Assembly: GCA_040772485.1 (NCBI GenBank)
Contig: JAXGYC010000007.1
Coordinates: forward strand, 448,001-512,000
Direction: 5' to 3'
Origin: Sedimentisphaerales bacterium
GTDB taxonomy: Bacteria > Planctomycetota > Phycisphaerae > Sedimentisphaerales > Anaerobacaceae
Length of the DNA: 64,000 nucleotides
This document shows positions 1 through 9,041 of the stretch, piece by piece. The first letter of the stretch is position 1. Each line of letters opens with the position of its first letter. The position numbers were made by a program, and so were the translations under genes. Below the pieces are notes generated by a model, which was not told where the DNA came from, made no database searches, and saw only the letters and a program-made list of their open reading frames with translations.

Positions 1-123
1 CCGAACGCAGGGGCCGGCGTCCTGGCCATGTGGAATCGATAGCCGCACGCTTTCTGTTGACGCTATGACAGGGCTGCCATAGGATTGGGTTCGATAATCT
101 CTTCGACCGTGAAAGGCCAGACT

Positions 124-672
124 ATGGATGCGTGCAACAGCGAGAAAGTGAATCGATCCGGCGGCCTGCCTGGACGCTTGGTGCGCGGCGGCACAATCAC
201 GAATCTCATCTTCGCCGCGGTCTTCTTCGGGCTGCTCGCCCTCGGGGTCCTCTGGATTCTCAAGATGGTCGGCCAGGCGGGCCAGCAGTACTCGACCGCC
301 ATGATCCAGACCAGCCAAAAGGCCTCGGCGCTGCAATGCCAGAACAACCTGCGCACCATCTGGCAGAGCCTTCACATGTATGCCATCAGCAACGAAAGCC
401 TGCCGCCGACGCAGCAGGCGCTGATCGACACCTGCGGCTACGGCTCCCGCCTGTTCCACTGCGCCGAGCCCAACGCACCCCAGTACGTCTACATCGCCGG
501 CCAGACCCTGGACATGGCGCCGACAAACGTGTTGCTGTATGAGCCGGAACCGGTCCACGAAGGCAAGTGCAGCGTGCTCTTCCTGGACGGCCGGACCGCC
601 CTGCTGGAGCCGGACGAGTTGAGGCTTGCGGTGGAGGCGACCATCGCCGGCCTCAAGCAACGACGGAGGTAA
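124..672 (+). CDS. Prepilin-like protein with C-terminal H-X9-DG motif
   Basis: N-terminal hydrophobic helix after RGG-TITNL; 'CQNNLRTIWQSLHMYA' as in DUF1559-like proteins; HEGKCSVLFLDG is an exact H-X9-DG. Start uncertain (85 or 124). Confidence 0.65.
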   Translation: MDACNSEKVNRSGGLPGRLVRGGTITNLIFAAVFFGLLALGVLWILKMVGQAGQQYSTAMIQTSQKASALQCQNNLRTIWQSLHMYAISNESLPPTQQALIDTCGYGSRLFHCAEPNAPQYVYIAGQTLDMAPTNVLLYEPEPVHEGKCSVLFLDGRTALLEPDELRLAVEATIAGLKQRRR

Positions 673-679
673 TCAGCGA

Positions 680-1150
680 TCAACCAATGCGGCCAACCAT
701 CCGGCAGAGCGTCTCGAGGTTAATGCGGTCGACCTCGCTGAACGCATCCGGCTGGTCGGAGTCGATATCGAGCACCGCCACGAGCTCGTCCTGCGGCGTG
801 AGCACGGGCACCACAATCTCCGATCGCGTCGAACTCGAACACGCGATGTAGCCGGGGAACGCGCGAACGTCCGGCACGATCTGCGTCCGGCGCAGGCGAG
901 CAGCCGCACCGCACACGCCCCGATCGAATGAGATCTCAAGACAACCATGCGGCCCCTGGTACGGACCGACCTTCATCAGTCCCGGCGAGACGACCCGGTA
1001 GAACCCGGTCCAATCGAACCAGCCAAACCGGTGGTGCAACTCGCACGCGACGGTCGCCATGACGGCGATCAGGTCCGTTTCTGCCTCAATCAGCTCGCGT
1101 ATCGCGCCAAGGGTCAGGTCATACAACCGTTGCTTTTCGTTGGGATCCAT
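680..1150 (-). CDS. msrC: GAF-domain protein, free methionine-(R)-sulfoxide reductase (MsrC/YebR) family
   Basis: WTGFY, GPYQG..GC..I.F.RGVCG, PGYIACSSSTRSEIVVP and VLDIDS motifs. Confidence 0.8.
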   Translation of the reverse strand: MDPNEKQRLYDLTLGAIRELIEAETDLIAVMATVACELHHRFGWFDWTGFYRVVSPGLMKVGPYQGPHGCLEISFDRGVCGAAARLRRTQIVPDVRAFPGYIACSSSTRSEIVVPVLTPQDELVAVLDIDSDQPDAFSEVDRINLETLCRMVGRIG

Positions 1151-1167
1151 AGCTGTCGGAGGCGGGG

Positions 1168-1989
1168 CTATTTGTCGATTGTCCCATCCGCCGCAGATGG
1201 CGGACAGGGATGTGTGAACGGGAGTCTGCCGCCCGGCCACTGCCCTTTGGCCTCGTGCTCCAAAGCGGCGTAGCCTCTGGCCAGTTCGACGACGGCATCG
1301 TCGCTCTGGTCCACGTACAATTCCAGCCAGTGGCCTTCGATTCCCTTACGGGCTACGCGAATCCCTGCGGCCAGACGTCCCCAATGGTCGCCGCCGGCGC
1401 AATCGCCCGCAATCAGCGCCGCCATGAGGCGGTCGGCAAGGCTGCCCTGCGTTTGTTCGTAGGCCCTGGCCATGGCGAAGATGACGTCGCGGCCGACCAG
1501 GGTGTTTCCCTGGCACGCGTAGTATCTGCCGCTGACAGCGCCCCACCATACGCCCGACGGGTCCGCATCCGCAGGGTTGCGATTCGCGGCCCGACCCGAC
1601 ATGTCGATGATGGCCAGTTGCCGCTTGTCCCGACGCGGATCGTCCCGAAGCAGCTCCGCAAGCACCTGTTCAGGCAGACGCCCTTTGGCCAGCAGGTTCA
1701 GCGCACGCTCTCCCCATTCGGGGTTGTGCCAGTGTTGGGTGCAGAACGCGCCGACTCCCGCGCACACATAGGGAACCACCTTGCCCACCGCGGGGTATTT
1801 GCTGGCCACCGCAGCGCCGCAGACGCCCGTGTTGGGGTCGACCGCGACGATGGAGAAGGTCCCGGACACGGCCGCCTGTGTGACGTCCCCTGGATTTCGG
1901 CCGGCTTGCGCCCCAGGCGGAGCCGGGCTCCGTTCGCACCCGCACAGGCCTGCGACAACGATCAGCGATATCCGCAACATCCTCTGCAT
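1168..1989 (-). CDS. DUF1028 family Ntn-hydrolase-like protein, possible lipoprotein
   Basis: GTFSIVAVDP..G..GAAVASK..AVG, QGNTL and AGGD motifs; N-terminal LCGC lipobox-like segment. Confidence 0.8.
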   Translation of the reverse strand: MQRMLRISLIVVAGLCGCERSPAPPGAQAGRNPGDVTQAAVSGTFSIVAVDPNTGVCGAAVASKYPAVGKVVPYVCAGVGAFCTQHWHNPEWGERALNLLAKGRLPEQVLAELLRDDPRRDKRQLAIIDMSGRAANRNPADADPSGVWWGAVSGRYYACQGNTLVGRDVIFAMARAYEQTQGSLADRLMAALIAGDCAGGDHWGRLAAGIRVARKGIEGHWLELYVDQSDDAVVELARGYAALEHEAKGQWPGGRLPFTHPCPPSAADGTIDK

Positions 1990-2142
1990 GGCCTCTATAG
2001 ACCACGCCTGCTGCGGTGTTGTCAAGCGTCCAGTCACATCGACGGGAGGGGCAAAACGCGGACTTGACCGGCCGCAGGCCGGGTGGTACCGTGGACGTGA
2101 GTCGCCATGATCCGTTCACAAGACAATAAGGAGTGGCAAACG

Positions 2143-3462
2143 ATGCAGCGCAAACTGACCCGCCGTACATTTCTCCGCAACGCCGCATGGGCCGGCTCGG
2201 GCCTGGTCATCCTGTCCAACAGCCGGCTGGTGCGCGGGACTTCCGCCAACAGCAAGCTCAACATCGCCGGCATCGGCATCGGCGGGCGCGGCGCCGCGGA
2301 CATCGAAGGCGTCGCAAGTGAAAACCTCGTGGCCCTGTGCGACGTCGACGAGGCCCATGCCGCCAAGACCTTCGAACAGCATCCCGGCGCCAAGCGGTAC
2401 AAGGACTTCCGCAGAATGCTGGACGAGATGCACAATCAGATCGACGCGGTGGTGATTGGCACGCCGGACCATACCCACGCCCCTGCCGGCGTGATGGCGA
2501 TGAAACTCGGCAAGCACTGCTACTGTGAGAAGCCGCTGACCCACAGCGTCTACGAAGCCCGGATGATGGCGAACACCGCCCGCGAGAACAACCTCGTCAC
2601 GCAGATGGGCACGCAGATTCACGCGGAGAACAACTACCGCCGTGTCGTCGAGCTGGTGCAGAGCAACGCGATCGGTCCGGTGCGTGAGGTCCATGTCTGG
2701 CTGGGCGCCAATTTCGACGGTCCGCCCAAGCCCACCGACACGAGCCAGCCGGATGCACCGACCGGACACCACGATGTCCCGCAAACGCTCGACTGGGACC
2801 TCTGGCTCGGACCGGCCCCATACCGTTTCTACAGCCCCGCCTATGCGCCGTTCCATTGGCGATACTGGTGGAACTTTGCCAACGGGCAATTGGGCGATTT
2901 CTTCTGCCACTACTGCGATCTGGCCTTCTGGGCGCTGAAGCTGCGGCATCCGACCACCATCGAAGCCGAAGGGCCCGTCCATCCCGAGAGCGCCGCCAAA
3001 TGGACCATCGCGCGGCAGGAATATCCCGCTCGGGGCGACCTTCCGCCCGTGACGCTGACGTGGTACAACGGCGGCGGCTATCCCGCTCTCGTGAAGGAAA
3101 GGAACGTGCCACAGTGGCCCAGCGGCGTGCTGTTCATCGGCTTCAAGGGCATGCTGCTGGCCGATTACGGCAAGCACCAACTGCTCCCCGAGACCCAGTT
3201 CGCTGGTTTCGTGCCGCCCGAGCCGTTCATTCCGAACTCCATCGGCCATCATCGAGAATGGATCGAGGCCTGTAAGACGGGCGGACCGACGACGTGCAAT
3301 TTCGATTACAGCGGCGCGCTGACCGAGGCGGCGCTGCTGTGCAACGTGGCGCTTCGTACCGGCCGCAAGCTCTCGTGGGACGCCGCAAACCTCAAGGCCG
3401 TCGGCTGCCCGGAAGCCGATGCGTACATCCGGCGTCCCTACCGACCGGGATGGACGCTCTGA
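2143..3462 (+). CDS. Gfo/Idh/MocA family oxidoreductase with Tat signal
   Basis: TRRTFL Tat motif; IGIGGRG, TPDHTH, YCEKPL and WDLWLGPAP; AAGGAG RBS at 2128. Confidence 0.9.
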   Translation: MQRKLTRRTFLRNAAWAGSGLVILSNSRLVRGTSANSKLNIAGIGIGGRGAADIEGVASENLVALCDVDEAHAAKTFEQHPGAKRYKDFRRMLDEMHNQIDAVVIGTPDHTHAPAGVMAMKLGKHCYCEKPLTHSVYEARMMANTARENNLVTQMGTQIHAENNYRRVVELVQSNAIGPVREVHVWLGANFDGPPKPTDTSQPDAPTGHHDVPQTLDWDLWLGPAPYRFYSPAYAPFHWRYWWNFANGQLGDFFCHYCDLAFWALKLRHPTTIEAEGPVHPESAAKWTIARQEYPARGDLPPVTLTWYNGGGYPALVKERNVPQWPSGVLFIGFKGMLLADYGKHQLLPETQFAGFVPPEPFIPNSIGHHREWIEACKTGGPTTCNFDYSGALTEAALLCNVALRTGRKLSWDAANLKAVGCPEADAYIRRPYRPGWTL

Positions 3463-3490
3463 ACAGTGGCCCCGCCAGGAGAAGGATGAC

Positions 3491-5665
3491 ATGGGCAGAC
3501 GGCAAAGGACTCGAACCGATTGCTTTCGTGTCGGCACGCCACTCGGATGGATGGCGGTCGCTCTGGCGATTCTGGCGTCAGGCTGGATCGGCGAGGCTTG
3601 CGCCGCCGCACCGATTGCCCTGCACCCGGAGAACCCCCACTACTTTCTCTGGCGGGACAAGCCCGCCATCCTGATCACGTCGGGCGAGCACTACGGCGCC
3701 GTCCTGAACCGTGCGTTCGACTACGTCAAGTACCTCGACACGCTACAGGCCAACGGATTCAACCTGACGCGCACGTTCAGCGGGGCGTACTGCGAGCCGC
3801 CGGGAGCGTTCCACATCGAGAGGAACACGCTCGCCCCGGCCAAAGGAGACCTGCTCTGCCCCTGGGCGCGGAGCGACGTCGGAGGCTATGCCAACGGGGG
3901 CAACAAGTTTGACCTGACCAAGTGGGATCGCGAGTACTTCCAGCGTCTGGCCGACTTCGTCGCCCAGGCGGGCCGGCGTGGCATCGTGGTGGAGTTGGTC
4001 CTGTTCTGCCCGTTCTACGAGGACAGCATGTGGGACCTGAGCCCGATGAACGCCCGCAACAATATCAACGACGTGGGAACCATGGAGCGAACGGCGGTTT
4101 ACACGCTCGAGCATCCCCAGCTGCTGGCGATCCAGGAAGCGATGGTCCGCAAGATCGCCGAGACGCTGCGGGATTTCGATAACGTCTACTATGAGATCTG
4201 CAACGAGCCGTACTTCGGCGGCGTGACCCTGGACTGGCAGCACCATATCGCCGAGACGATCGCCCGCGCCGAGGCCGGGTTCGAGAGCAGGCACCTGATC
4301 GCCCAGAATATCGCCAACAAGGCGCAGGTCGTCGAGAACCCAAGCGCCCACGTCTCGATCTTCAACTTCCACTACGCCAAGCCCCCGATTGCGGTGGCCC
4401 AGAATTACCATTGGGACCGCGTCATCGGCGACGACGAAACCGGATTCGCCGGCGACGACCGGGTCAAGCCATATCGTCTCGAAGGATGGGATTTCATCGT
4501 CGCCGGCGGCGCCGTCTACAGCAACCTGGACTACTCCTTCGCAGTCAGTCATGAAGACGGCTCGGCAAAGATCAACGCGCCCGGAGGAGGCGGTCCCGAG
4601 CTCTGGAGGCAGTTGGGCATCCTCCGAGACTTCATCAATGGCTTCGATTTTGTCAGGATGCGTCCGAACGATTCGATCCTGACGTCGGACCTGCCCGAGG
4701 GAACGACGGCCCGCGCGCTCGTGCAAGCGGGCCAGGCCTACGCGATCTACGTCAACGGGAACAATCTGACCCGGCTGATGGTGGACCTGCCGAGCGGGTC
4801 CTACAACGCCGAATGGATCGACACCAAGACCGGCCAGATCGCGGACAGCCAGTCGTTCACGCACGACAGCGGCCTGCACGCACTGGAAGCGCCGCGCTAC
4901 ACAGACGACATCGCCTTGCGGATCGTCAGCGCCCAGAGGCAGCGACAGGGACTGCTGTTCGAGAGCGACTTCGAAACCGAGGACCTCAAAGGCTGGAAGA
5001 CATCGGGCAACGCGCCGCGCGTGGCCCGCGACCTGTCCAGGGCGGGCAGGCAGGCCATGAAGACGCTGCTGGACCGCGAAAAGGACGAGGTCTCCTATCG
5101 CACCGAAGTCAGCGGTCCCGGGACAGAGGTCGGCAAAGAGTACTGGTACGGCTTCAGCATCTTCCTGCCGGAAGACTACCGGCCCGACCGGATATGGGAG
5201 ATCGTGGCGCAGTGGCACGCCGTGCCCGACTTCGACATCGGCGAAAACTGGCGCAACCCCGTGATGGCCCTGTCGACCACCAGCGGCCGCTGGAGCTGGG
5301 TCAGCCGGTGGGACGCCAAGCGTAACACGTTCGAGAGCGGAACGAGGCAGTACGGCGGAACGCGCAACTACGACTTGGGCCCCTACCGAAGAGGCGTCTG
5401 GACCGACTGGGTCGTCCACGTGAAGTGGTCGTACGGTTCGGATGGATTTCTCCAGGTCTGGAAAGACGGCGAGAAGATCATCAATCAGGACGGGCCCAAC
5501 GCGTTCAACGACGCGCACGGCCCCTACTTCAAGATGGGGCTCTACAAGGGTTGGCGCGATTCGGACCGGCCCAACGACGCCGTCAGCCGGCGCGTGCTCT
5601 ACCACGATGAATTCCGCATGGGGGGATCGGAGGCCAGCTACGAGGACGTCGCCCCCGGCCCATAG
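3491..5665 (+). CDS. Secreted GH-A clan (GH5-like) hydrolase fused to a C-terminal polysaccharide lyase-like (PF14099-type) domain
   Basis: Signal peptide; YEICNEP acid/base motif and DDETG; C-terminal EYWYGFSIFLP, QWH, GFLQVWKDG, PYFKMGLYK and YHDEFR. Confidence 0.7.
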   Translation: MGRRQRTRTDCFRVGTPLGWMAVALAILASGWIGEACAAAPIALHPENPHYFLWRDKPAILITSGEHYGAVLNRAFDYVKYLDTLQANGFNLTRTFSGAYCEPPGAFHIERNTLAPAKGDLLCPWARSDVGGYANGGNKFDLTKWDREYFQRLADFVAQAGRRGIVVELVLFCPFYEDSMWDLSPMNARNNINDVGTMERTAVYTLEHPQLLAIQEAMVRKIAETLRDFDNVYYEICNEPYFGGVTLDWQHHIAETIARAEAGFESRHLIAQNIANKAQVVENPSAHVSIFNFHYAKPPIAVAQNYHWDRVIGDDETGFAGDDRVKPYRLEGWDFIVAGGAVYSNLDYSFAVSHEDGSAKINAPGGGGPELWRQLGILRDFINGFDFVRMRPNDSILTSDLPEGTTARALVQAGQAYAIYVNGNNLTRLMVDLPSGSYNAEWIDTKTGQIADSQSFTHDSGLHALEAPRYTDDIALRIVSAQRQRQGLLFESDFETEDLKGWKTSGNAPRVARDLSRAGRQAMKTLLDREKDEVSYRTEVSGPGTEVGKEYWYGFSIFLPEDYRPDRIWEIVAQWHAVPDFDIGENWRNPVMALSTTSGRWSWVSRWDAKRNTFESGTRQYGGTRNYDLGPYRRGVWTDWVVHVKWSYGSDGFLQVWKDGEKIINQDGPNAFNDAHGPYFKMGLYKGWRDSDRPNDAVSRRVLYHDEFRMGGSEASYEDVAPGP

Positions 5666-5699
5666 GAACTCCGGGAGACTGTGCTGCTCTTGACTCTGC

Positions 5700-6755
5700 A
5701 TGATGACGGAAAGACGCAAAGTGGTCGTCGCCCTCAGCGGGGGCGTAGACAGTTCCGTCGCCGCCGCGCTGCTGCTCGAATCGGGCTGCGACGTCCAGGG
5801 CGTGTTCATGATTACCTGCGAGCAGAGCCGCCACGCGCGGGCGGAGGCCGAAGAGGTGGCCCACCGGCTTGGCATCCACCTGACCGTGCTCGATCTGCGA
5901 GACGACTTTGCGCAGATTCTCAATTACTTCTTCGATGAATACGCCAAGGCCCGTACCCCCAATCCGTGCGTGATGTGCAACCGCCTCGTCAAATTCGGCA
6001 GGCTCTGGGACTTTGCCCGAGAGACGGGCGCCGAGTTTCTCGCCACCGGCCATTACGCCAAGGTGCTGGAGCGCAATGGGGAAATCGGCCTCTACGAGGG
6101 CGCGAATCTGGCCAAAGATCAATCCTACGCGCTGTCGATGATCCGCCACGACGTGCTCGGCCACATCTTGCTCCCTATGGGTGAGCACTCCAAGGACCAC
6201 GCCAGGCGGATCGCGCGACACTTGGCCCTGGGGACCGAAACCAAGGCCGAGTCGCAGGAGATTTGCTTCATCCCCGACGACGACTATGTTGCGATGCTCG
6301 AACAGCACCATCCCGAACTGGTTCGCCAGGGAGCCATCGTGGACAGTTCGGGCAAGGCTCTCGGCAAGCACCAGGGCATCCATCGCTACACGATCGGCCA
6401 AAGGCGCGGTCTTCGCGTAGCAATGGGCAAGCCCTACTATGTTATCGGTCTCGACGCGAGGAGCAACACGGTGATCCTCGGTCCGAAGGAAGAGGGGATG
6501 CACCGCCACCTGACAGCCGGCGAAGCAAACTGGCTGATCGAGCCGCCCCCGTCCGCTTTCCGTGCAGCGGTCAAGATCCGCTACAACGACCGGGGCAAAC
6601 CTGCGACGGTGCATCCAGCCGGGCCCACCGTCCAAGTCGAATTCGACGAACCCAATATGGCTATCACGCCCGGCCAGCTTGCCGCGTTCTACGTGAACGA
6701 AGATGATCTGCGACGCGTGGTCGGCGCCGGATGGATCGAACGGGCCGACGACTGA
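5700..6755 (+). CDS. mnmA: tRNA 2-thiouridine(34) synthase MnmA
   Basis: SGGVDS, TPNPCVMCN, ATGHY, KDQSY, ESQEICF, YTIGQRRGL and TPGQ. Confidence 0.95.
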   Translation: MMTERRKVVVALSGGVDSSVAAALLLESGCDVQGVFMITCEQSRHARAEAEEVAHRLGIHLTVLDLRDDFAQILNYFFDEYAKARTPNPCVMCNRLVKFGRLWDFARETGAEFLATGHYAKVLERNGEIGLYEGANLAKDQSYALSMIRHDVLGHILLPMGEHSKDHARRIARHLALGTETKAESQEICFIPDDDYVAMLEQHHPELVRQGAIVDSSGKALGKHQGIHRYTIGQRRGLRVAMGKPYYVIGLDARSNTVILGPKEEGMHRHLTAGEANWLIEPPPSAFRAAVKIRYNDRGKPATVHPAGPTVQVEFDEPNMAITPGQLAAFYVNEDDLRRVVGAGWIERADD

Positions 6756-6798
6756 ACCTCGAACACCAGACCATTTGCCCGGCGTCGACGATCCAAGC

Positions 6799-6827
6799 TT
6801 GCTGTCGGACCGCAGATGAGGTATAAT
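6799..6827 (+). promoter_or_regulatory. Sigma70-type promoter for the GT9 gene
   Basis: TTGCTG (6799-6804), 17 bp spacer, TATAAT (6822-6827). Confidence 0.55.
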
Positions 6828-6838
6828 CGGAAACCATA

Positions 6839-7906
6839 ATGGTGCAGACGAGTGATGACATTCTGAGTTTGCTCGTGGAAAAGGGTGCACAGGTGGCCAA
6901 GGAGGCACAGCGAGCCGTCATTCTCCAGCCGGGAGCTCTGGGCGATTGCATTCTCACGTTGCCCCTGGCCAAGCTCATGAAAGAGACGCTGGGCCTCGGC
7001 GGCGTCGATATCGTCGGACACAGCGAGTACATCGGTATCCTGCCCGGACGCAGTTGCGTCAGCAGCATTCGGTCCATCGATTCGACCGACCTGCACCGTC
7101 TGTTCGTCGAGCCGGCCAAGTTCGATCTGGCCGACCGCGATCCGCTCATCGACACGTTCGCCGATTACGCCTGGATTGTCACGTTTCTGGGCGAGCCGGA
7201 CGGAGACTTCGAGCAGAACCTGATCTTCACCGCCAATTGCAGCCACAGCGCCGAGATCATTACGCTCTCGCTCAAACCGCCGCAGGAGAGCAAGCAGCAC
7301 GTAGCAGAGTATTACGTTCAGCAGTTTGCCCTTCAGAGCGGCCTGCCGTCCGACCGGCTCCGCCTCGCCGCCGACCAGATCCTCATCGAGGTAACCGAGG
7401 GCGACCGGGAACGAGGACTGGAGCTGCTCGAGCAGACGGGGATCGACGTGTCCAAGAGACTGGTGGTGATCCAGCCCGGCAGCGGCGGACGGCACAAGTG
7501 CTGGCATCTGGAGAATTTCCTGAGCGTCGCCCGGACCCTGCGGGACAGAGGGATTGAGGTTCTGTTTCTGCTGGGACCGGCCGAGGTGGAACGCTTCGAG
7601 AGCATGGACAAGGCGCGTCTGTACGTGACCGCCAAGTGCATGGCCCATCTGCCCCTCAGTCAGGTGGTCGATCTGCTGTCGTGCGCCGACGTGGTGATCG
7701 GCAACGACAGCGGGGTCACACATCTGGCCGCGGGCATGGGGTTGCGCACGTTCGCCCTGTTCGGACCGACCGATCCGGCCCTGTACAAGCCGATCGGTCC
7801 GGCCCTGACCATCCTTCAGGACACGCACGACCGATTCACAACGCAGCCCTGCCCCGACCTCCAGAAGGCGATCGTCGAAGGCATCGCCCCGCACGCCGTA
7901 TCGTGA
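6839..7906 (+). CDS. Glycosyltransferase family 9 (heptosyltransferase-like)
   Basis: QPGALGDCILTLP, IQPGSGG..KCW and IGNDSGVTHLAAGMG..T.ALFGPT. Confidence 0.88.
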   Translation: MVQTSDDILSLLVEKGAQVAKEAQRAVILQPGALGDCILTLPLAKLMKETLGLGGVDIVGHSEYIGILPGRSCVSSIRSIDSTDLHRLFVEPAKFDLADRDPLIDTFADYAWIVTFLGEPDGDFEQNLIFTANCSHSAEIITLSLKPPQESKQHVAEYYVQQFALQSGLPSDRLRLAADQILIEVTEGDRERGLELLEQTGIDVSKRLVVIQPGSGGRHKCWHLENFLSVARTLRDRGIEVLFLLGPAEVERFESMDKARLYVTAKCMAHLPLSQVVDLLSCADVVIGNDSGVTHLAAGMGLRTFALFGPTDPALYKPIGPALTILQDTHDRFTTQPCPDLQKAIVEGIAPHAVS

Positions 7907-8008
7907 AACCAAACCCTCTCCTGGCACTATGAGGTTGACCCCTTCCGACCATCGGATAGAATTCCTCTCTTGTACGGATCACGAAAAGTCCTCGCGCGGA
8001 TGCCGCCT

Positions 8009-8112
8009 TGTCGTCCCGAGCCTCGCGAAGGATCTGGCCACAGCAGAAGGGGCGCCTCTCGTTCGCAGCCCAGGTCCTTCATCCCGATATTCATCGGGAT
8101 TCAGGATGACGA
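8009..8112. repeat. Intergenic palindromic REP/REPIN-like element
   Basis: Outer arms TGTCGTCCCGAG / TCAGGATGACGA; inner arms GAAGGATCTGG / CCAGGTCCTTC; internal hairpin ATCCCGAT-attc-ATCGGGAT. Confidence 0.6.
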
Positions 8113-8175
8113 AACGGTCAGCACCCAGGACGTTCGCCGCTTGACGTTTCGCCAGGAAAGTCGCTTGAGAAGAGC

Positions 8176-9024
8176 ATGGCCGTCTCCATCACAGAACCCA
8201 GTGTCATTGGCCTGATCGCAGGCGGAGGGCGCTTGCCTTTCATGGTGGCCTGTGGTGCGAAGAAAGCAGGACTGCGCGTGATATGCGTGGGCCTGGCGGG
8301 CTATGTCGACACGGCGCTGGCGAAAGAGGTGGACGTGTTCCACGAGGTCGCGGTGGCGCGCCCCGGGAGCTGGATTCGCCGGCTTCGCCGACACGGCGTG
8401 ACTGACACGATCATGGTCGGCACCGTCACGAAGTCGCACCTGTTCACGCCGCGACGGATTCTGCGATATATTCCCGACTGGCGGGCGTTCCGCGTCTACT
8501 ACTGGCGGCTCCGCGGCCGGAGCAAACAGACAGATGTGTTTCTGACCGCCTTGGCTGACGAACTGGCCACCGGCGGCATTCGCCTGGAGAACTCCACGAT
8601 GTACTGCGAGCAACACCTGGCCGATTCCGGCGTCATGACCAAACACCAGCCCTCCGCACAGGTGCAGAGCGATATCGAGTTCGGCTGGCCTCTGGCCAGG
8701 CAGCTCGGCCAGATGGACATCGGCCAGGCCATCGCGGTCCGCGAGCGCGAGGTGATCGCCGTCGAAGCCATCGAGGGAACCGCCGAGATGATCAAGCGGG
8801 CCGGCCAGTTCTGCAAGGCCGGCGGATGGACCCTCATCAAGACCGCCAAGCCCAGGCAGGACCCGCGCTTCGACGTCCCCTGCGTCGGGCCTGACACGAT
8901 CCGGGATCTGGCCGCCAATGGAGCCAAGTGCCTGGCGATCGAAGCGGGCCGGACGATCGTCATCGACAAGCCCCAAACCATCGCCCTGGCCGACCAGCTT
9001 GGCATCTGTATCGTCGGTCGCTGA
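8176..9024 (+). CDS. lpxI: UDP-2,3-diacylglucosamine diphosphatase LpxI family (DUF1009)
   Basis: GLIAGGGRLP, DIGQ, AVEAIEGTAEMI.RAG and KPRQDPRFDVPCVGPDT. Confidence 0.9.
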   Translation: MAVSITEPSVIGLIAGGGRLPFMVACGAKKAGLRVICVGLAGYVDTALAKEVDVFHEVAVARPGSWIRRLRRHGVTDTIMVGTVTKSHLFTPRRILRYIPDWRAFRVYYWRLRGRSKQTDVFLTALADELATGGIRLENSTMYCEQHLADSGVMTKHQPSAQVQSDIEFGWPLARQLGQMDIGQAIAVREREVIAVEAIEGTAEMIKRAGQFCKAGGWTLIKTAKPRQDPRFDVPCVGPDTIRDLAANGAKCLAIEAGRTIVIDKPQTIALADQLGICIVGR

Positions 9025-9041
9025 TCGCGGCAAACCTTCAG

